A model generated the notes under the pieces. The model was not told the origin of the DNA, did no database searches, and saw only the letters and a list, made by a program, of their open reading frames with translations. Shown here piece after piece: positions 48,379 through 58,977 of a DNA stretch of 61,806 bases (the stretch's first letter is position 1; each line of letters opens with the position of its first letter). Location of the stretch: NCBI GenBank assembly GCA_964490075.1, contig CAZBBK010000034.1, forward strand, positions 1 to 61,806, read 5' to 3'. Origin of the DNA: an uncultured Gemmatimonadota bacterium. GTDB lineage: Bacteria > GCA-2686955. The translations under genes and the position numbers were made by a program.

Positions 48379-49299
48379 CTACTCGTTCCCGCTCTTCAGC
48401 AGGGTCGTGACCGAGGCGACCATGCCGGCGATGTCGCTCAGATCGGAGGGGATGATCACCGTGTTGTTGGTCCGGGCCAGGTTGCCGAACTGCTTCAGGT
48501 ACTGCTCGGCCACCCGCAGGTTGACGGCATCCGATCCGCCCGGCTCCTCGATCGCGCTGGCGATCTCGCGCACTCCGGCGGCGGTCGCCTGGGCCACCAA
48601 CTCGATCTCGCGGGCGCGCCCCTCGGCCTCGTTGATGCGCTTCGTCTTCTCGCCCTCGGACTTGGCGATCGCCTCCTGCTTGGTCCCTTCCGCCACGTTG
48701 ATCAGGGCCTGGCGCTCGCCTTCGGACTCGGCGATCGCGGCCCGCTTTTGGCGCTCGGCGCGCATCTGCTTTTCGAGCGCGTCTTTCACGCTCTGGGGCG
48801 GATGGATGTTCTTGATCTCGTAGCGGGTGATCTTCACCCCCCAGGGATCGGAGGCCTTGTCGACCGCGCGGATGATCGCGTGATTGATCTGCTCGCGCTC
48901 CTCGAAGGTGCGGTCCAGCTCCAGCTTGCCGATCTCCGAGCGCATGGTGGTCTGAGCGAGCTGGGTCGATGCGAACATGAACGACTCGATGCCGTAGCTG
49001 GCTTTGACCGGATCGATCACCTGCATGTAGAGCACGCCGTCGACGTCGACCGCGATGTTGTCCCGGGTGATGCAGGTCTGGGGCGGCACGTCGACCGCCA
49101 CCTCCTTGAGGGAGTGCTTGTAGGCGACGCGGTCGAGGAAGGGGAAGAGGATGTGGAATCCCGCATCCAGGGTCTTCGCGTACTTGCCGAGGCGCTCGAT
49201 GATGAAGGCCGACTTCTGCGGCACGATGCGTGCGGTCTTCATGACCGTGATCACCACCAGGACCGCGATTCCGATCGATACGACCGATCCGGGACTCAT
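48379..49299 (-). CDS. SPFH/band-7 protein (QmcA/paraslipin-like)
   Basis: IERLGKY, CITRDN, LAQTTMRSEIG, WGVKITRYEI, QMRAER. Confidence 0.95.
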   Translation of the reverse strand: MSPGSVVSIGIAVLVVITVMKTARIVPQKSAFIIERLGKYAKTLDAGFHILFPFLDRVAYKHSLKEVAVDVPPQTCITRDNIAVDVDGVLYMQVIDPVKASYGIESFMFASTQLAQTTMRSEIGKLELDRTFEEREQINHAIIRAVDKASDPWGVKITRYEIKNIHPPQSVKDALEKQMRAERQKRAAIAESEGERQALINVAEGTKQEAIAKSEGEKTKRINEAEGRAREIELVAQATAAGVREIASAIEEPGGSDAVNLRVAEQYLKQFGNLARTNNTVIIPSDLSDIAGMVASVTTLLKSGNE

Positions 49300-49772
49300 G
49301 ACAATTCCTCCTCTGCTTTCCTGACCACCAGCACCAGGCCATCGACCTCTTCGATGACCGCCCGGGCTCCGCGGGCGATGGGTTGCGACGATCGCGCGCG
49401 CCAGCTGGCACCCTTGAACTCCACGCGCCCGTCGCTGCGCCCGGGCTCCAGGTCTTCGACGACCTCCACCGGCCGCCCGGTGAATTCGTCCAGGTTGACG
49501 TCGGGATCTTGAACGTCGCTCACGTGGCCGTAGAAGTGGTTCTTGATCCAGCGACGCAAACCGACCAGGCATGCCGTGGAAGCGAGGGCGAAGACCAAGA
49601 GCTGCGACTGCAGTCCAGGGGTCAGTCCCGCCCAGGTTGTGAGCGCGACGATCCACGCACCCAGACCGAAAAAGATCAGGATGACGCCGGGAGCAGCCAT
49701 CTCGGCCAGCGCCAACGCCAGCCCGACCACGAACCAAAGCAACGCAGGGTCGAACACCGGTCTGTCCTCCAT
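49296..49772 (-). CDS. NfeD (YbbJ-like) protein
   Basis: W..GL.L...E...PG TM segment; GRVEFKGASWRA. Confidence 0.9.
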   Translation of the reverse strand: MEDRPVFDPALLWFVVGLALALAEMAAPGVILIFFGLGAWIVALTTWAGLTPGLQSQLLVFALASTACLVGLRRWIKNHFYGHVSDVQDPDVNLDEFTGRPVEVVEDLEPGRSDGRVEFKGASWRARSSQPIARGARAVIEEVDGLVLVVRKAEEELS

Positions 49773-49925
49773 GCCGGAGCGCTCGTCCGGCTAGCTATTC
49801 GTCTTGATTCACTACACCTTGGCTGGCGGTCCTATTCTGGACCGGAGGATTGTCGTCGATCGTTGCGAGGTTGACGAGCCCTCGAACAGCACTTTTCGCA
49901 CACTCCCGAGAGAAAGGATTCGACC

Positions 49926-50273
49926 ATGGCGAAGAAGATCGACTGGTATTACCACCGGCGCGGCTGAACGAGCTGTGGGCGTGCCGATGAGTTCATCGGT
50001 GAGAACGACATCGAGATCAAGGAGCAGATCGATGCGCGCAAGCAGCGCTTCGGCCCGGACGACCTGGGCCGCGTGTTCGCGGGTGCGCGGCGACTGATCG
50101 TCTCGAAGGGCAAGAAGAGGGTGGAGATCGACCCGGCCCAGAGCGACGCCGCCGCGGCCACCGAGAAGACGACGCTGGGACCGAGCGGCATGCTGCGGGC
50201 GCCGGTGGCCCGTGTCGGAACCACCTACCTGGTTGGATTTCATCCCGACGCATGGAATGAGGTGTTCGGATAG
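49926..50273 (+). CDS. ArsC/Spx-family selenoprotein (UxxC)
   Basis: SD AAAGGA; MAKKIDWYYHRRG-TGA-TSC in frame with LGPSGMLRAP..LVGF; hairpin at 49983-50000. Confidence 0.85.
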
Positions 50274-50400
50274 CGGTCATGGCTTGGGGTTAGGCTCGCA
50301 GATGGTGCATCGATCGAGACGGTCGTGAGCCTCGCGCAACTCCCCCGGGATCCGATCCGGTGCCCGTTCCGGTGACGACCAGAACACCCGAGCCAACAAC

Positions 50401-51630
50401 ATGCGAATCGGTCTTCTTCTCGCTTCCGCACTGCTCTCCTTCCTCCTGCTCGGGGCCGCCGGCGCGGCTCCCATCATCGTCGACCACGACTGCGTCGATC
50501 TGCCGCGCGTGCCGGCGGCCTGGATCGCCGCCGCCAAGAACGACCTGCACATCGCCTACGGCCACACCTCCCACGGCAGCCAGGTCACCGAGGGCATGAC
50601 CGGTCTGGTCGACTTCACCGGCGGCTGCGGCGGGCCGCAGTTCCAGTGGAACAATGGCGGCATCGGCGACGCGCTCGATCTCCACGACGGCGCGATGCCC
50701 GGTGATTGCGGCTACTACCCGCAGTGGGTGAATCATACCTACGACTACCTGCAAGACCCGGCCAACGCCGACTGCAACGTGATCATCTGGTCGTGGTGCG
50801 GGCAACATTCCGGTTACACCGAGCAGGACATGATCACCCGCTACCTGGCCCCCATGACCCAGCTCGAGCTGGACTACCCGGATGTGAAGTTCGTTTACAT
50901 GACCGGCCACCTGAACTACTGGGAACGCGACAACACCAATGCGCGCAACCAGCAGATCCGCGACTACTGCATCCAGAACGACAAGGTCCTCTACGACTTC
51001 GCCCACATCGAGAGCTACGATCCAGACAACACTTTCTTCGAGTTCGCCAACGACGACTGCAGCTACTGGGACCAGTACGGCAGCTACCAGGGCAACTGGG
51101 CGGAGCAATGGCAGGACGCGCACGTGGAGGGAGTCGACTGGTACGACGTGAGCTGCGCACATAGCCGGCCGCTGAACGGCAACCAGAAGGCGTTCGCTGC
51201 CTGGTGGCTGTGGGCGCGCCTGGCCGGCTGGCCCGGGGCGGTGACGCTGACCCACGACACGGCGACACTCTCGGCATCCGCCGGCGGCCAGATCGAGTTC
51301 GTGCTGAACGCGGGCACGGTCTTCGGCGGCCGCGACTACGTGCTGCTGGCGACCACCAGCGGCACCGATCCCGGCTCCCTGCTGCCCGGCGGAAACGTCA
51401 CCATTCCACTGAACCGCGACTGGTTCACCGATTACCTGATCGGCCATCTCGGCGCCCCACCCTTCGGGGACTTCTCCGGAACCCTGGACGGCGCGGGCGC
51501 AGCGAACGCCGCTCTGATCGTCGATCCCCTGGATGCGACCTGGGTGGGACGCACGGTGCACTTCGCATTCGCCACCGCGACACCCTGGGATTTCGCCTCC
51601 AACGCCGTGGCGGTGGAGGTGGTGCCCTAG
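50401..51630 (+). CDS. Secreted protein, possibly SGNH-like, with C-terminal beta domain
   Basis: Signal peptide; IAYGHTSHGSQ, WSWCG, FVYMTGH, LYDFAHIES, CAHS. Confidence 0.75.
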   Translation: MRIGLLLASALLSFLLLGAAGAAPIIVDHDCVDLPRVPAAWIAAAKNDLHIAYGHTSHGSQVTEGMTGLVDFTGGCGGPQFQWNNGGIGDALDLHDGAMPGDCGYYPQWVNHTYDYLQDPANADCNVIIWSWCGQHSGYTEQDMITRYLAPMTQLELDYPDVKFVYMTGHLNYWERDNTNARNQQIRDYCIQNDKVLYDFAHIESYDPDNTFFEFANDDCSYWDQYGSYQGNWAEQWQDAHVEGVDWYDVSCAHSRPLNGNQKAFAAWWLWARLAGWPGAVTLTHDTATLSASAGGQIEFVLNAGTVFGGRDYVLLATTSGTDPGSLLPGGNVTIPLNRDWFTDYLIGHLGAPPFGDFSGTLDGAGAANAALIVDPLDATWVGRTVHFAFATATPWDFASNAVAVEVVP

Positions 51631-51641
51631 GAGTCCGAGGT

Positions 51642-53582
51642 CTACTCCTCCAGCAACATCGCCGTCTCTTCCCACTCCCCGTAGAGCATCTCCAGCTCGT
51701 TCTTGATCTGTTGATACTCGCGGGTGTAGCGGGCGCCGTTGGGAGACCGAAAGAGCTCCGGATCGCACAAGAAGGCCTCGAGCTGCTCGCCGCGCGCCTC
51801 TTTCTTCTTGATGCGCGCTTCGATCTGCTGCAGCCGGCGCGCCGCCTTGCGCTGGGCGGCGGCGGCCCGCGCCCGGATGTGTTTCTCGGTCTCCGCTCTG
51901 TTCTCGCTCGCGGCGGACGGCGCGGCCTTTGTCGGCTGCGCCGGCGCGGCGCTGCCGCCGCCGGCGCGCTGCTCCTCTTCGCGCGCCTCGCGCCAGGCCA
52001 CCAGCTCCGACCAGGTGCCGGGATAGAGCTGCGCCCCGCCTTCGCCCAGGTAGAGGGTCTTGGAGCAGACGCGATCGAGCACGCTGCGGTCGTGCGACAC
52101 CAACAGCGCAGCACCGCGGTAGGCGCGCAGCGCCGCCACCAGGATGTCGCGCGACGCCATGTCCAGGTGATTGGTCGGTTCGTCCAGCAGCAACAGATTG
52201 GACCGCCGCAGCAGGAGCTTGGCCAGTCCCAGCCGGCCCTTCTCGCCGCCCGAGAGCACCGACACTCTCTTGTCGACATCCTCGCCGCTGAACAGGAAGG
52301 CCCCGAGGATCGAGCGCGGGTTCTTGCCGGGGATCTGCTCGGCGTCGACCAGCAGCTCTTCCATCACCGTGCGCGTCGGATCGAGCACTCGAGACTGATC
52401 CTGCTCGAGGAAAGCCGGGATGGTCTTGGTCCCCAGCAACACATCCCCTTCGCGGGCCCACTCGCGGCCGGCCAGGAGCCGCAGCAGGGTCGACTTGCCG
52501 ATCCCGTTCACCCCCACCACGCCGATCTTGTCGCCCCGCTCCACCGCGAAGCTCAGGGCCGAAAGCACCCGCTTGGCGCCGTAGCTGTGGCCGATGTTGG
52601 TCGCTTCGAGCATCACCCGGCCGCTGCGCGGCGGCTCCGGGAAGTCGATGCGCACTTCGGTCCCGCGGGCGAGCGGCGGCAGCAGCTCGATCTCGTTCAG
52701 GGTCTTGATGCGGCTCTGCACCTGCCGCGCCTTGGTCGCCTTGTAGCGGAAGCGGTCGATCCAGGAGCTCAGCTCGGCGGCGCGCCGCTCGCGCTCGATG
52801 CGGGTCTTCTCGTAGGCCTCGCGGCGCCGCTCGCGCTCGACGCGATAGCGGGGGTAGTCCATCGCGTAGTCCTCGAGACGCCGCCCCTGCAGCTCCACCA
52901 CCCGGGTCGCCAACCGCTCCAGCAGGTAGCGGTCGTGGGTGACCAGCACCACCGCCCCGCGAAAGCTCGAGAGCTCCGCCTCGAGCCAGCGTACCGACTC
53001 GATGTCGAGGTGGTTGGTCGGCTCGTCGAGGAGCAGCAGATCGGGCCGCGAGAGCACCAGCTTGGCCAGGGCCACGCGCATCTGCCAGCCGCCCGAAAGC
53101 TCTCCGATCGCCCCGCGCATCTCGCTCTGCGCGATCCCCAGCCCGGCCAGCACGCGCGCCGCCTCGGCCTCGGCGCCGTAGCCCCCCGAGTGCTCGAAAC
53201 GATGCTGCAGCTCGCCGGCCCTTTCGACCAGGCGGCGGCGCTGGTCGCCCTCGGCCGCCTCGGCGGAATCGTGCAGCTCGGCGATCTCGGCCTCCAGCCG
53301 GCGGAAGGGGCCCAGCGCCTCGATCGCCTCCTCCAGCACATTCGCCTCGCCGCGCAGCGACACCCCCTCCTGCGGCAGGTAGCCGACCCGCAGTCCCTTC
53401 GGAAAGCGCACCCGCCCGGCCTCCGGCGCGAGGCGCCCCGCCAGCACCCGCAGCAACGTGGTCTTGCCGGCCCCGTTCGGACCGACCAGGGCGCAGCGTT
53501 CACCGCTCCCGACCTGCCACGAGATCTCCTGGAGCAGGGTGCGGCCGCCGTAGCCGTGGGTCAGGGACTCGATCGTGAACAT
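51642..53582 (-). CDS. ABC-F family ATPase
   Basis: Two ABC cassettes (GPNGAGKTT, LSGGWQMR, DEPTNHLD; GVNGIGKST, LSGGEK); no TM. Confidence 0.95.
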   Translation of the reverse strand: MFTIESLTHGYGGRTLLQEISWQVGSGERCALVGPNGAGKTTLLRVLAGRLAPEAGRVRFPKGLRVGYLPQEGVSLRGEANVLEEAIEALGPFRRLEAEIAELHDSAEAAEGDQRRRLVERAGELQHRFEHSGGYGAEAEAARVLAGLGIAQSEMRGAIGELSGGWQMRVALAKLVLSRPDLLLLDEPTNHLDIESVRWLEAELSSFRGAVVLVTHDRYLLERLATRVVELQGRRLEDYAMDYPRYRVERERRREAYEKTRIERERRAAELSSWIDRFRYKATKARQVQSRIKTLNEIELLPPLARGTEVRIDFPEPPRSGRVMLEATNIGHSYGAKRVLSALSFAVERGDKIGVVGVNGIGKSTLLRLLAGREWAREGDVLLGTKTIPAFLEQDQSRVLDPTRTVMEELLVDAEQIPGKNPRSILGAFLFSGEDVDKRVSVLSGGEKGRLGLAKLLLRRSNLLLLDEPTNHLDMASRDILVAALRAYRGAALLVSHDRSVLDRVCSKTLYLGEGGAQLYPGTWSELVAWREAREEEQRAGGGSAAPAQPTKAAPSAASENRAETEKHIRARAAAAQRKAARRLQQIEARIKKKEARGEQLEAFLCDPELFRSPNGARYTREYQQIKNELEMLYGEWEETAMLLEE

Positions 53583-53744
53583 GAGGCGAGACTCTACCGG
53601 AGGGGGGGGCGAGGAGCCTCCCTCTTCGCCCCGGCTGGCCGAAACCGGAAGGGCCCGCGCGCGCAATGCTCGCGCCGCCCCCCCACGACGCGCTAGTATC
53701 CGCGGGCACCCTCCTGCGCGCCCCCCGGGCGCGCCGAGAACCCG

Positions 53745-54566
53745 ATGTTCAGCCAGTCGAAATCTCCTTCCGGACGCCACCAGCGCACCTGGAGCCGCGA
53801 CGACCCGCGCGCCGTGATCGTGATCTCCCACGGCCTCGGCGAGCATTCCGGGCGCTACGACGAGCTGGCCCGCCACCTGGTGGAAGGCGGCTACACGGTG
53901 CGCGCCTTCGACCATGTCGGTCACGGCTACTCGCCCGGCCAGCGCGGGCATGTGGCGCGCTTCCAGGAGTTCACCGACGGCCTGGGCGAGGCGGTCGACC
54001 AGATCGCCGCCGAGCATCCCGACTTGCCGCGAGTGCTGCTCGGGCACTCGCTGGGCGGTTTGATCGTCGCCCGCTACCTGCTCGAGGGGCAGGACGGCAT
54101 CGCCGCCACCATCCTCTCCGGCGCCGCGCTGCGGGTCGCCGTGGAGGTGCCCTGGTGGAAGGAAACGGCCGGCAACCTGCTCTCCGGCGTGTGGCCCAAC
54201 CTGAGCCTGGCCAACGAGATCGACAGCGCCCTCTTGAGCCACGACGAGGCGGTGGTGCGCGCCTACGAGCAGGATCCACTGGTTCACGATCGGGTCACGG
54301 CCCGCTTCTACACCGAGTTCACGCGCACCATGGACGAGGTGGCCAACAGCGCCGAGGAGCTCACGCTGCCGCTCCTGGTCCTGGCCGGGGCCGACGATCG
54401 CGTCGTCGCGCCCGAAGGCAGCATGCAGTTTCACCGCGACGCCGGAGCCGAGCACAAAGAGCTGCACGTCTTCGACGGCATGTATCACGAAGTACTGAAC
54501 GAGGTCGGACGCGAGACGGTGCACCGCACGGTCACCGACTGGCTGGCGCGAACTTTGGAGCTCTGA
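53745..54566 (+). CDS. Lysophospholipase/monoacylglycerol lipase
   Basis: HGLGEHSGRY, GHSLGG, YHEVLNE. Confidence 0.92.
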   Translation: MFSQSKSPSGRHQRTWSRDDPRAVIVISHGLGEHSGRYDELARHLVEGGYTVRAFDHVGHGYSPGQRGHVARFQEFTDGLGEAVDQIAAEHPDLPRVLLGHSLGGLIVARYLLEGQDGIAATILSGAALRVAVEVPWWKETAGNLLSGVWPNLSLANEIDSALLSHDEAVVRAYEQDPLVHDRVTARFYTEFTRTMDEVANSAEELTLPLLVLAGADDRVVAPEGSMQFHRDAGAEHKELHVFDGMYHEVLNEVGRETVHRTVTDWLARTLEL

Positions 54567-54625
54567 GTTCGCCCGCACGCGGCGTGACGGCGCTCGACCG
54601 AATCTGAAACTTGGGGACACGAGCC

Positions 54626-55840
54626 ATGACGATCGACCACCGAATCTGCTGTCTGGCCGCCGCGGCGCTCATCGCCGGCTGCGGCGCCGAAGAGGAGCCC
54701 GCCGTCCAGCACGACGCGGCGCCCGAGCCGCCGGAGTCGGTCGCCCCCGCCGACCCCGACACCGGAAATCTGGCACCGCCGACCTCCGCCCTGGCAGCCG
54801 GGACAACCGCCGACACCCTGCGCGCCGCTCCCGTGCCGGGCGACTCTCTGGCCCTGGTCGACGCCCTCAAGATGGTGCTCAGCAGCGCCTCCACCCCCGC
54901 GGAGCTGCACCTCAAGCTGGGCCAGACCTACCTGCGCAGCGGCCAGTACCAGCAGTCGGCCGACGAGTTCATCCTCGCTCTGGAGGCCGATCCGACCAGC
55001 ATGGAGGCCCAATCCGGCATCGCCCGCGCCCTGAACCGCCTCGCCGACCCGGCCGCCGCTCGCGAGACCCTCGAAGACCTGTTGGTTCGCCACCCCGATG
55101 CCGCCCTGCTGCTGGTCTCCCACGCCAAGACCCTGCGCCGTGCCGGCGAGATCGAGGCCGCCGTGCAGGAGCTGACCCGCGCCGTCGAGCTCTCCGACGC
55201 CGATCCCACGGCCCAGATCGAGCTGCACCTCACCACCGGCCGCCAACTGCGCATGACGCAGGACAACGCCGGTGCCATCGGTGAGTACAAGAAGGCCCTG
55301 GCCCTCGATCCCGACAACGCCCAGGCCACTCTCGGCCTGCACCTCACCCAGGCCCGCCTGCACGCCGCCAAGGGCGACCATGACGCCGCGGTCGACGCCG
55401 CCCGCAAGGCGGTCGACTCCGGCCCCACGTCGACGCAGGCCCTTTATGCCTACCACTCCAACATGGGCAAGCTGCTCAAGGAGAGCGGCCAGTACGAAGA
55501 GGCGATCACCGAGTTCGTGCACTGCACCGAGCTGGCTCCCAAGTCGGCCGGCGCCGCCAACGCCCTGGGAAGCATCTACCTGGCCGCGCAGCGCTTCGAC
55601 GATGCCGCCGCCCATCTCAAGCGCGCCGTCGACCTCGATTCCACCCACCTCGGCGCCCGGCACGGTCTGGCCAAGGCCTACGAGCGGCTGCAATGGCACG
55701 ACCTGGCACGCGACGCCTGGTCCCAGGTGCTGGTGCTAGACAGCGAGGGCCGCTACCAGGAAGAGGCCCGGCTGCACATCCAGATCATCGATCAGATCTC
55801 CGACCTGAGCCCGGTCGCCGAGAGCGGCACCCGCCCCTGA
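54626..55840 (+). CDS. TPR-repeat lipoprotein
   Basis: Lipobox IAGC; multiple TPR repeats. Confidence 0.85.
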   Translation: MTIDHRICCLAAAALIAGCGAEEEPAVQHDAAPEPPESVAPADPDTGNLAPPTSALAAGTTADTLRAAPVPGDSLALVDALKMVLSSASTPAELHLKLGQTYLRSGQYQQSADEFILALEADPTSMEAQSGIARALNRLADPAAARETLEDLLVRHPDAALLLVSHAKTLRRAGEIEAAVQELTRAVELSDADPTAQIELHLTTGRQLRMTQDNAGAIGEYKKALALDPDNAQATLGLHLTQARLHAAKGDHDAAVDAARKAVDSGPTSTQALYAYHSNMGKLLKESGQYEEAITEFVHCTELAPKSAGAANALGSIYLAAQRFDDAAAHLKRAVDLDSTHLGARHGLAKAYERLQWHDLARDAWSQVLVLDSEGRYQEEARLHIQIIDQISDLSPVAESGTRP

Positions 55841-55868
55841 GCGGCCCCCGCGAGCCGCACTCCCGCCG

Positions 55869-57911
55869 ATGCCGCCGCGCACCTCGTTTCCCTTCGGTGC
55901 GCGGGTTGTCGTGGTGCTGCTGCTGGTCGCGGGGCCACTGGCGCTGACTCTGCTGCGCCAGCCGCCCCCGCTCCCGGCGCCCTCCTCGAGCACCGCCCCC
56001 GCTCCCGCGCCGTCCCCCTCCGCGCCCGACACCGCGCCTGCCAACCCCTTCGCCGACCTCTACCGCCCCCATCGCACGCGCTGGACCGAGCTGCGCCCCG
56101 GAGCCCACATCAGCGCCCCGGTCGGCCTCGGCTCGCGCTTCGCCCAGCTCTGGTCGGCCAGCGATCGCACCCACGGCGCCGCCGTGGGCGGCGACGGCCT
56201 GCGCCGCGACGGCCGCCCCTGGTGGACCCTGCCGGCCCGCACGCCGCCTCCCGGCACCCCGCGCCTCTTGGTCCTCGGCGACTCCTTCGCTTTCGGCTTC
56301 TTCGTCGACGACCACCAGACCTTCTCCGCCCGTCTCGCGCGCCGCCCCACTCCCGCTCCGGTCGAGGTCCTCAATGCCGGCGTGCCCGGCTACAGCGCCG
56401 CTCAGGGCCTCCTCTACCTGCGCGAGCTGCTGCCCAGCACCAATCCCGACGCGGTCGCCATCGCCTTCGGCACCAACGACGCCCGCGACGCCGCCACCCG
56501 CTGGCCCACCGACCTCGCCCGCCTCGACGACGGCGTCCTGCTCGAGGCGCTGCGCCGCCGCCTGGCCGAGCCCGAGGGCGAGGCCGCCTGGCGCAGCGAC
56601 CCCTTCGCGGTGGTGCGCGACCTGCGCCCCGGCCCCCTCGAGCCCCTGCGCCGCACCTGGATCTATCGCACCCTGCGCGACCCGCTGGTCTCGCTCAAGC
56701 GCGAGCTGATCGAGCGTCTCGACAGCGCCGACCGCGCCGCGCCCCCCGTCCCGGGTGCCGCCCTCGGCGCCGTCCGTCGCGTCTCTCTCCCGCAGTACGA
56801 AGCCGCGCTCCACACCATGGTGGGCCTGGTCCGCAACACCGGCGCCGAGCCGATCCTGATCGCCGCCACCCTGGAGCCCGACTACCGCGCCGCCCTGCTC
56901 CGCACCGCCGCCGAGCGCGGCGCGGCGCTGCTCGATGTCCGCGCCCTCTTCGCCGACGCGCGCGCCGCCGGCCGCGGCGGCCCCGGAGGCCCCTTCGCCG
57001 CGCACTGGGCGCGCCTGGAGCGCGATCTCGGCCCCGAGGTACTGCGCGCCCACCCCTGGCTCGACAGCTCGATCGACGGCGTGCACCCGAACCCGGTGGG
57101 GCACGAGCTGATCGCGGGAGCGCTGCACGCCCTCTTCTGGGAGGTCGACCCGGCCGGCCGCACCCGGGCCGGCGATGGCGTGGCGCAGGCGGCTGCGCAG
57201 GCTGACGGACCCACAACCGCCACCGAGGACCGGGCCTCGGAGTGCTGGCGCGCCATCGAGCTCCTCTCCGCGGCTCTTGGCGGCGCTCCCGGCGAGCCGG
57301 CGCGTGCCGCCCCCCCGCTCGACAGCCTCCTGGCGCAGCTCGAGCGGGACTGCCCCGACCATGCCGCCGCCCATCTCGTGGCCGGCGCCGCGCTGCTGCG
57401 GACCGGGCGCCCTGCCGCCGCGGCGACTCGCTTGCGGGCGGCTCTCGCCGGGCTGCCCTGGCCGGGGCGGGCGCACATCGCCCTGGCGCGCGCCCTGCAG
57501 CGCGCCGGCCGCCCCGACGAGGCTCTGGAGCCGCTGCGCGCCGTGGTGCGGCGCGCCCCCGACACCCCCCTCGCGGCAGAGGCGATCGAGCTGCTGCCCC
57601 ACGACCTCGATCCCGACGGCCGCTACGAGCACGAGGCGGGCCACGCCTATCTCTTCGAGCTACATCCGGGGCTGGCCGCTGTGCCGGCCGGCGCCGCCTC
57701 GGAGCTGGTTCTGCTCGAGGAGGGCATCCCGCTGCCGGCGCCGCAAGCGCTGCACGCCGACATCCGCGCGCAGGGCGCCGGGCGCTACAGCCACTGGGGC
57801 GTGGTGATCTACTTCGCCGCCAGCGACGGATCCGATCCGAACGACAACGGCCGCGATTACCGCGTGGAGCGGCGCCACGCGCCGGGCTCCCCTCCCGAGA
57901 GCCCGCGCTGA
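55869..57911 (+). CDS. Membrane-anchored SGNH/GDSL hydrolase with TPR and C-terminal domain
   Basis: LGDSFAFG, NAGVPGYS, GTND, DGVHPN; C-terminal GRYSHWG..YFAASDGSDPNDNGRDY. Confidence 0.85.
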   Translation: MPPRTSFPFGARVVVVLLLVAGPLALTLLRQPPPLPAPSSSTAPAPAPSPSAPDTAPANPFADLYRPHRTRWTELRPGAHISAPVGLGSRFAQLWSASDRTHGAAVGGDGLRRDGRPWWTLPARTPPPGTPRLLVLGDSFAFGFFVDDHQTFSARLARRPTPAPVEVLNAGVPGYSAAQGLLYLRELLPSTNPDAVAIAFGTNDARDAATRWPTDLARLDDGVLLEALRRRLAEPEGEAAWRSDPFAVVRDLRPGPLEPLRRTWIYRTLRDPLVSLKRELIERLDSADRAAPPVPGAALGAVRRVSLPQYEAALHTMVGLVRNTGAEPILIAATLEPDYRAALLRTAAERGAALLDVRALFADARAAGRGGPGGPFAAHWARLERDLGPEVLRAHPWLDSSIDGVHPNPVGHELIAGALHALFWEVDPAGRTRAGDGVAQAAAQADGPTTATEDRASECWRAIELLSAALGGAPGEPARAAPPLDSLLAQLERDCPDHAAAHLVAGAALLRTGRPAAAATRLRAALAGLPWPGRAHIALARALQRAGRPDEALEPLRAVVRRAPDTPLAAEAIELLPHDLDPDGRYEHEAGHAYLFELHPGLAAVPAGAASELVLLEEGIPLPAPQALHADIRAQGAGRYSHWGVVIYFAASDGSDPNDNGRDYRVERRHAPGSPPESPR

Positions 57912-57980
57912 GCCCGGATCTGCGCTCGCGCGCCGCCTCCCCGTCCGCGCCCCCCCGGGCCGCGCGGAGAGCCGTCGAGC

Positions 57981-58130
57981 TTGACACTCCGCGCGCAGAG
58001 AGCAGCTCGGTTTGACACTTCCTCCGTGCTGAAGCGCCGAAGGCCCGGAATCCGGCGGCTATTTGGGGTTCTTGCGTCAAGTTGAGAGCGGTTTGTCAAA
58101 CCGAGCTGCTCTCCGTGCGCGGAGTGTCAA
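57981..58130. repeat. 37-bp inverted repeat pair (REP/REPIN-like) at the RAYT 3' end
   Basis: 57981-58017 and 58094-58130, 3 mismatches; each arm carries TTGACA twice. Confidence 0.85.
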
Positions 58131-58964
58131 ATCCAACCGCTTTCCGCGTTCGCGGAACAGGCGAGGATCGTCGGTCGCCAGCCCAGCGAATCGTTCGTCA
58201 CCCGCCACCCTGGCCACCAGCTCGACCTCCCGCTCCTTCGCCTCGCCCATCGCGTAGACCGCCTGACGGCTGATGTCGAAATGTGAGGCAATGCGGCTCA
58301 CGCCAATGGCGGTCAGCGCCCGCGCGGAGCGCACCGCGAGCGAGCGCGCCACTCCCCGCCGTCGGAGCGCCAGCAGGGGAACGCGCGAGATCTCACTCAC
58401 CGCGCCTTCGATGGCCCTGAGCGCGGCCCGCTCCCCTTCCGGGAGATGCCCCCCACCGGGCGGCTGCACCGCGAACGACACCGAGTCGTCCCCAGTGGTG
58501 TAGGCGTGGAGCCGAATCGGATCCACGCTCGGCGCACACGCCGGATCGAGCGCCAATCCCAATGCGTCGCGATAAGTCGAAAGCGGCCATGCGAGAGGGT
58601 CGGACACCAGACGAGCCCGGCACGGGTTCAAGTGCACGTAGCGCAGGACGCGTCGCCGTTTGACCCCCCGTGGCACGAAATCGACCCGCGGCTGGCGGCC
58701 CCACAGCGCTCCCCGCCGGCCGCGCCGGGCGTTCCACCACCGCGCGTACCCCCGCAGCGCGGGGGCCAAGGCCGTGCGCCGGTCCTCACGATGCACCAGG
58801 TGGATATGGTCCGGCATCACGCAGAGCGCGAGTGGGTTCGGCGCCGCGGCGAGCAGACGGGCGAAGAGCTCGAGTCCCTCTTCCCAGCCGCCGAACGCGA
58901 GACCGCGCCGGGAGCTCGACGAGGCGCGGAGGACCGGCGCGACGCGGGCCACGTGGTGATGCAT
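58077..58964 (-). mobile_element. REP-associated HUH Y1 transposase (RAYT-like) with C-terminal HTH
   Basis: CVMPDHIHLV, YARWWN..R.GALW, RYVHLNP.RA.LV..P..W..S; IASHFDISRQAV. Confidence 0.85.
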
Positions 58965-58977
58965 GCGTGGCGGTCGC

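Noticed and set aside
51204-54620. 830-aa plus ORF and 346-aa extension of ABC-F
   Set aside because: Shadows of ABC-F and of the lysophospholipase
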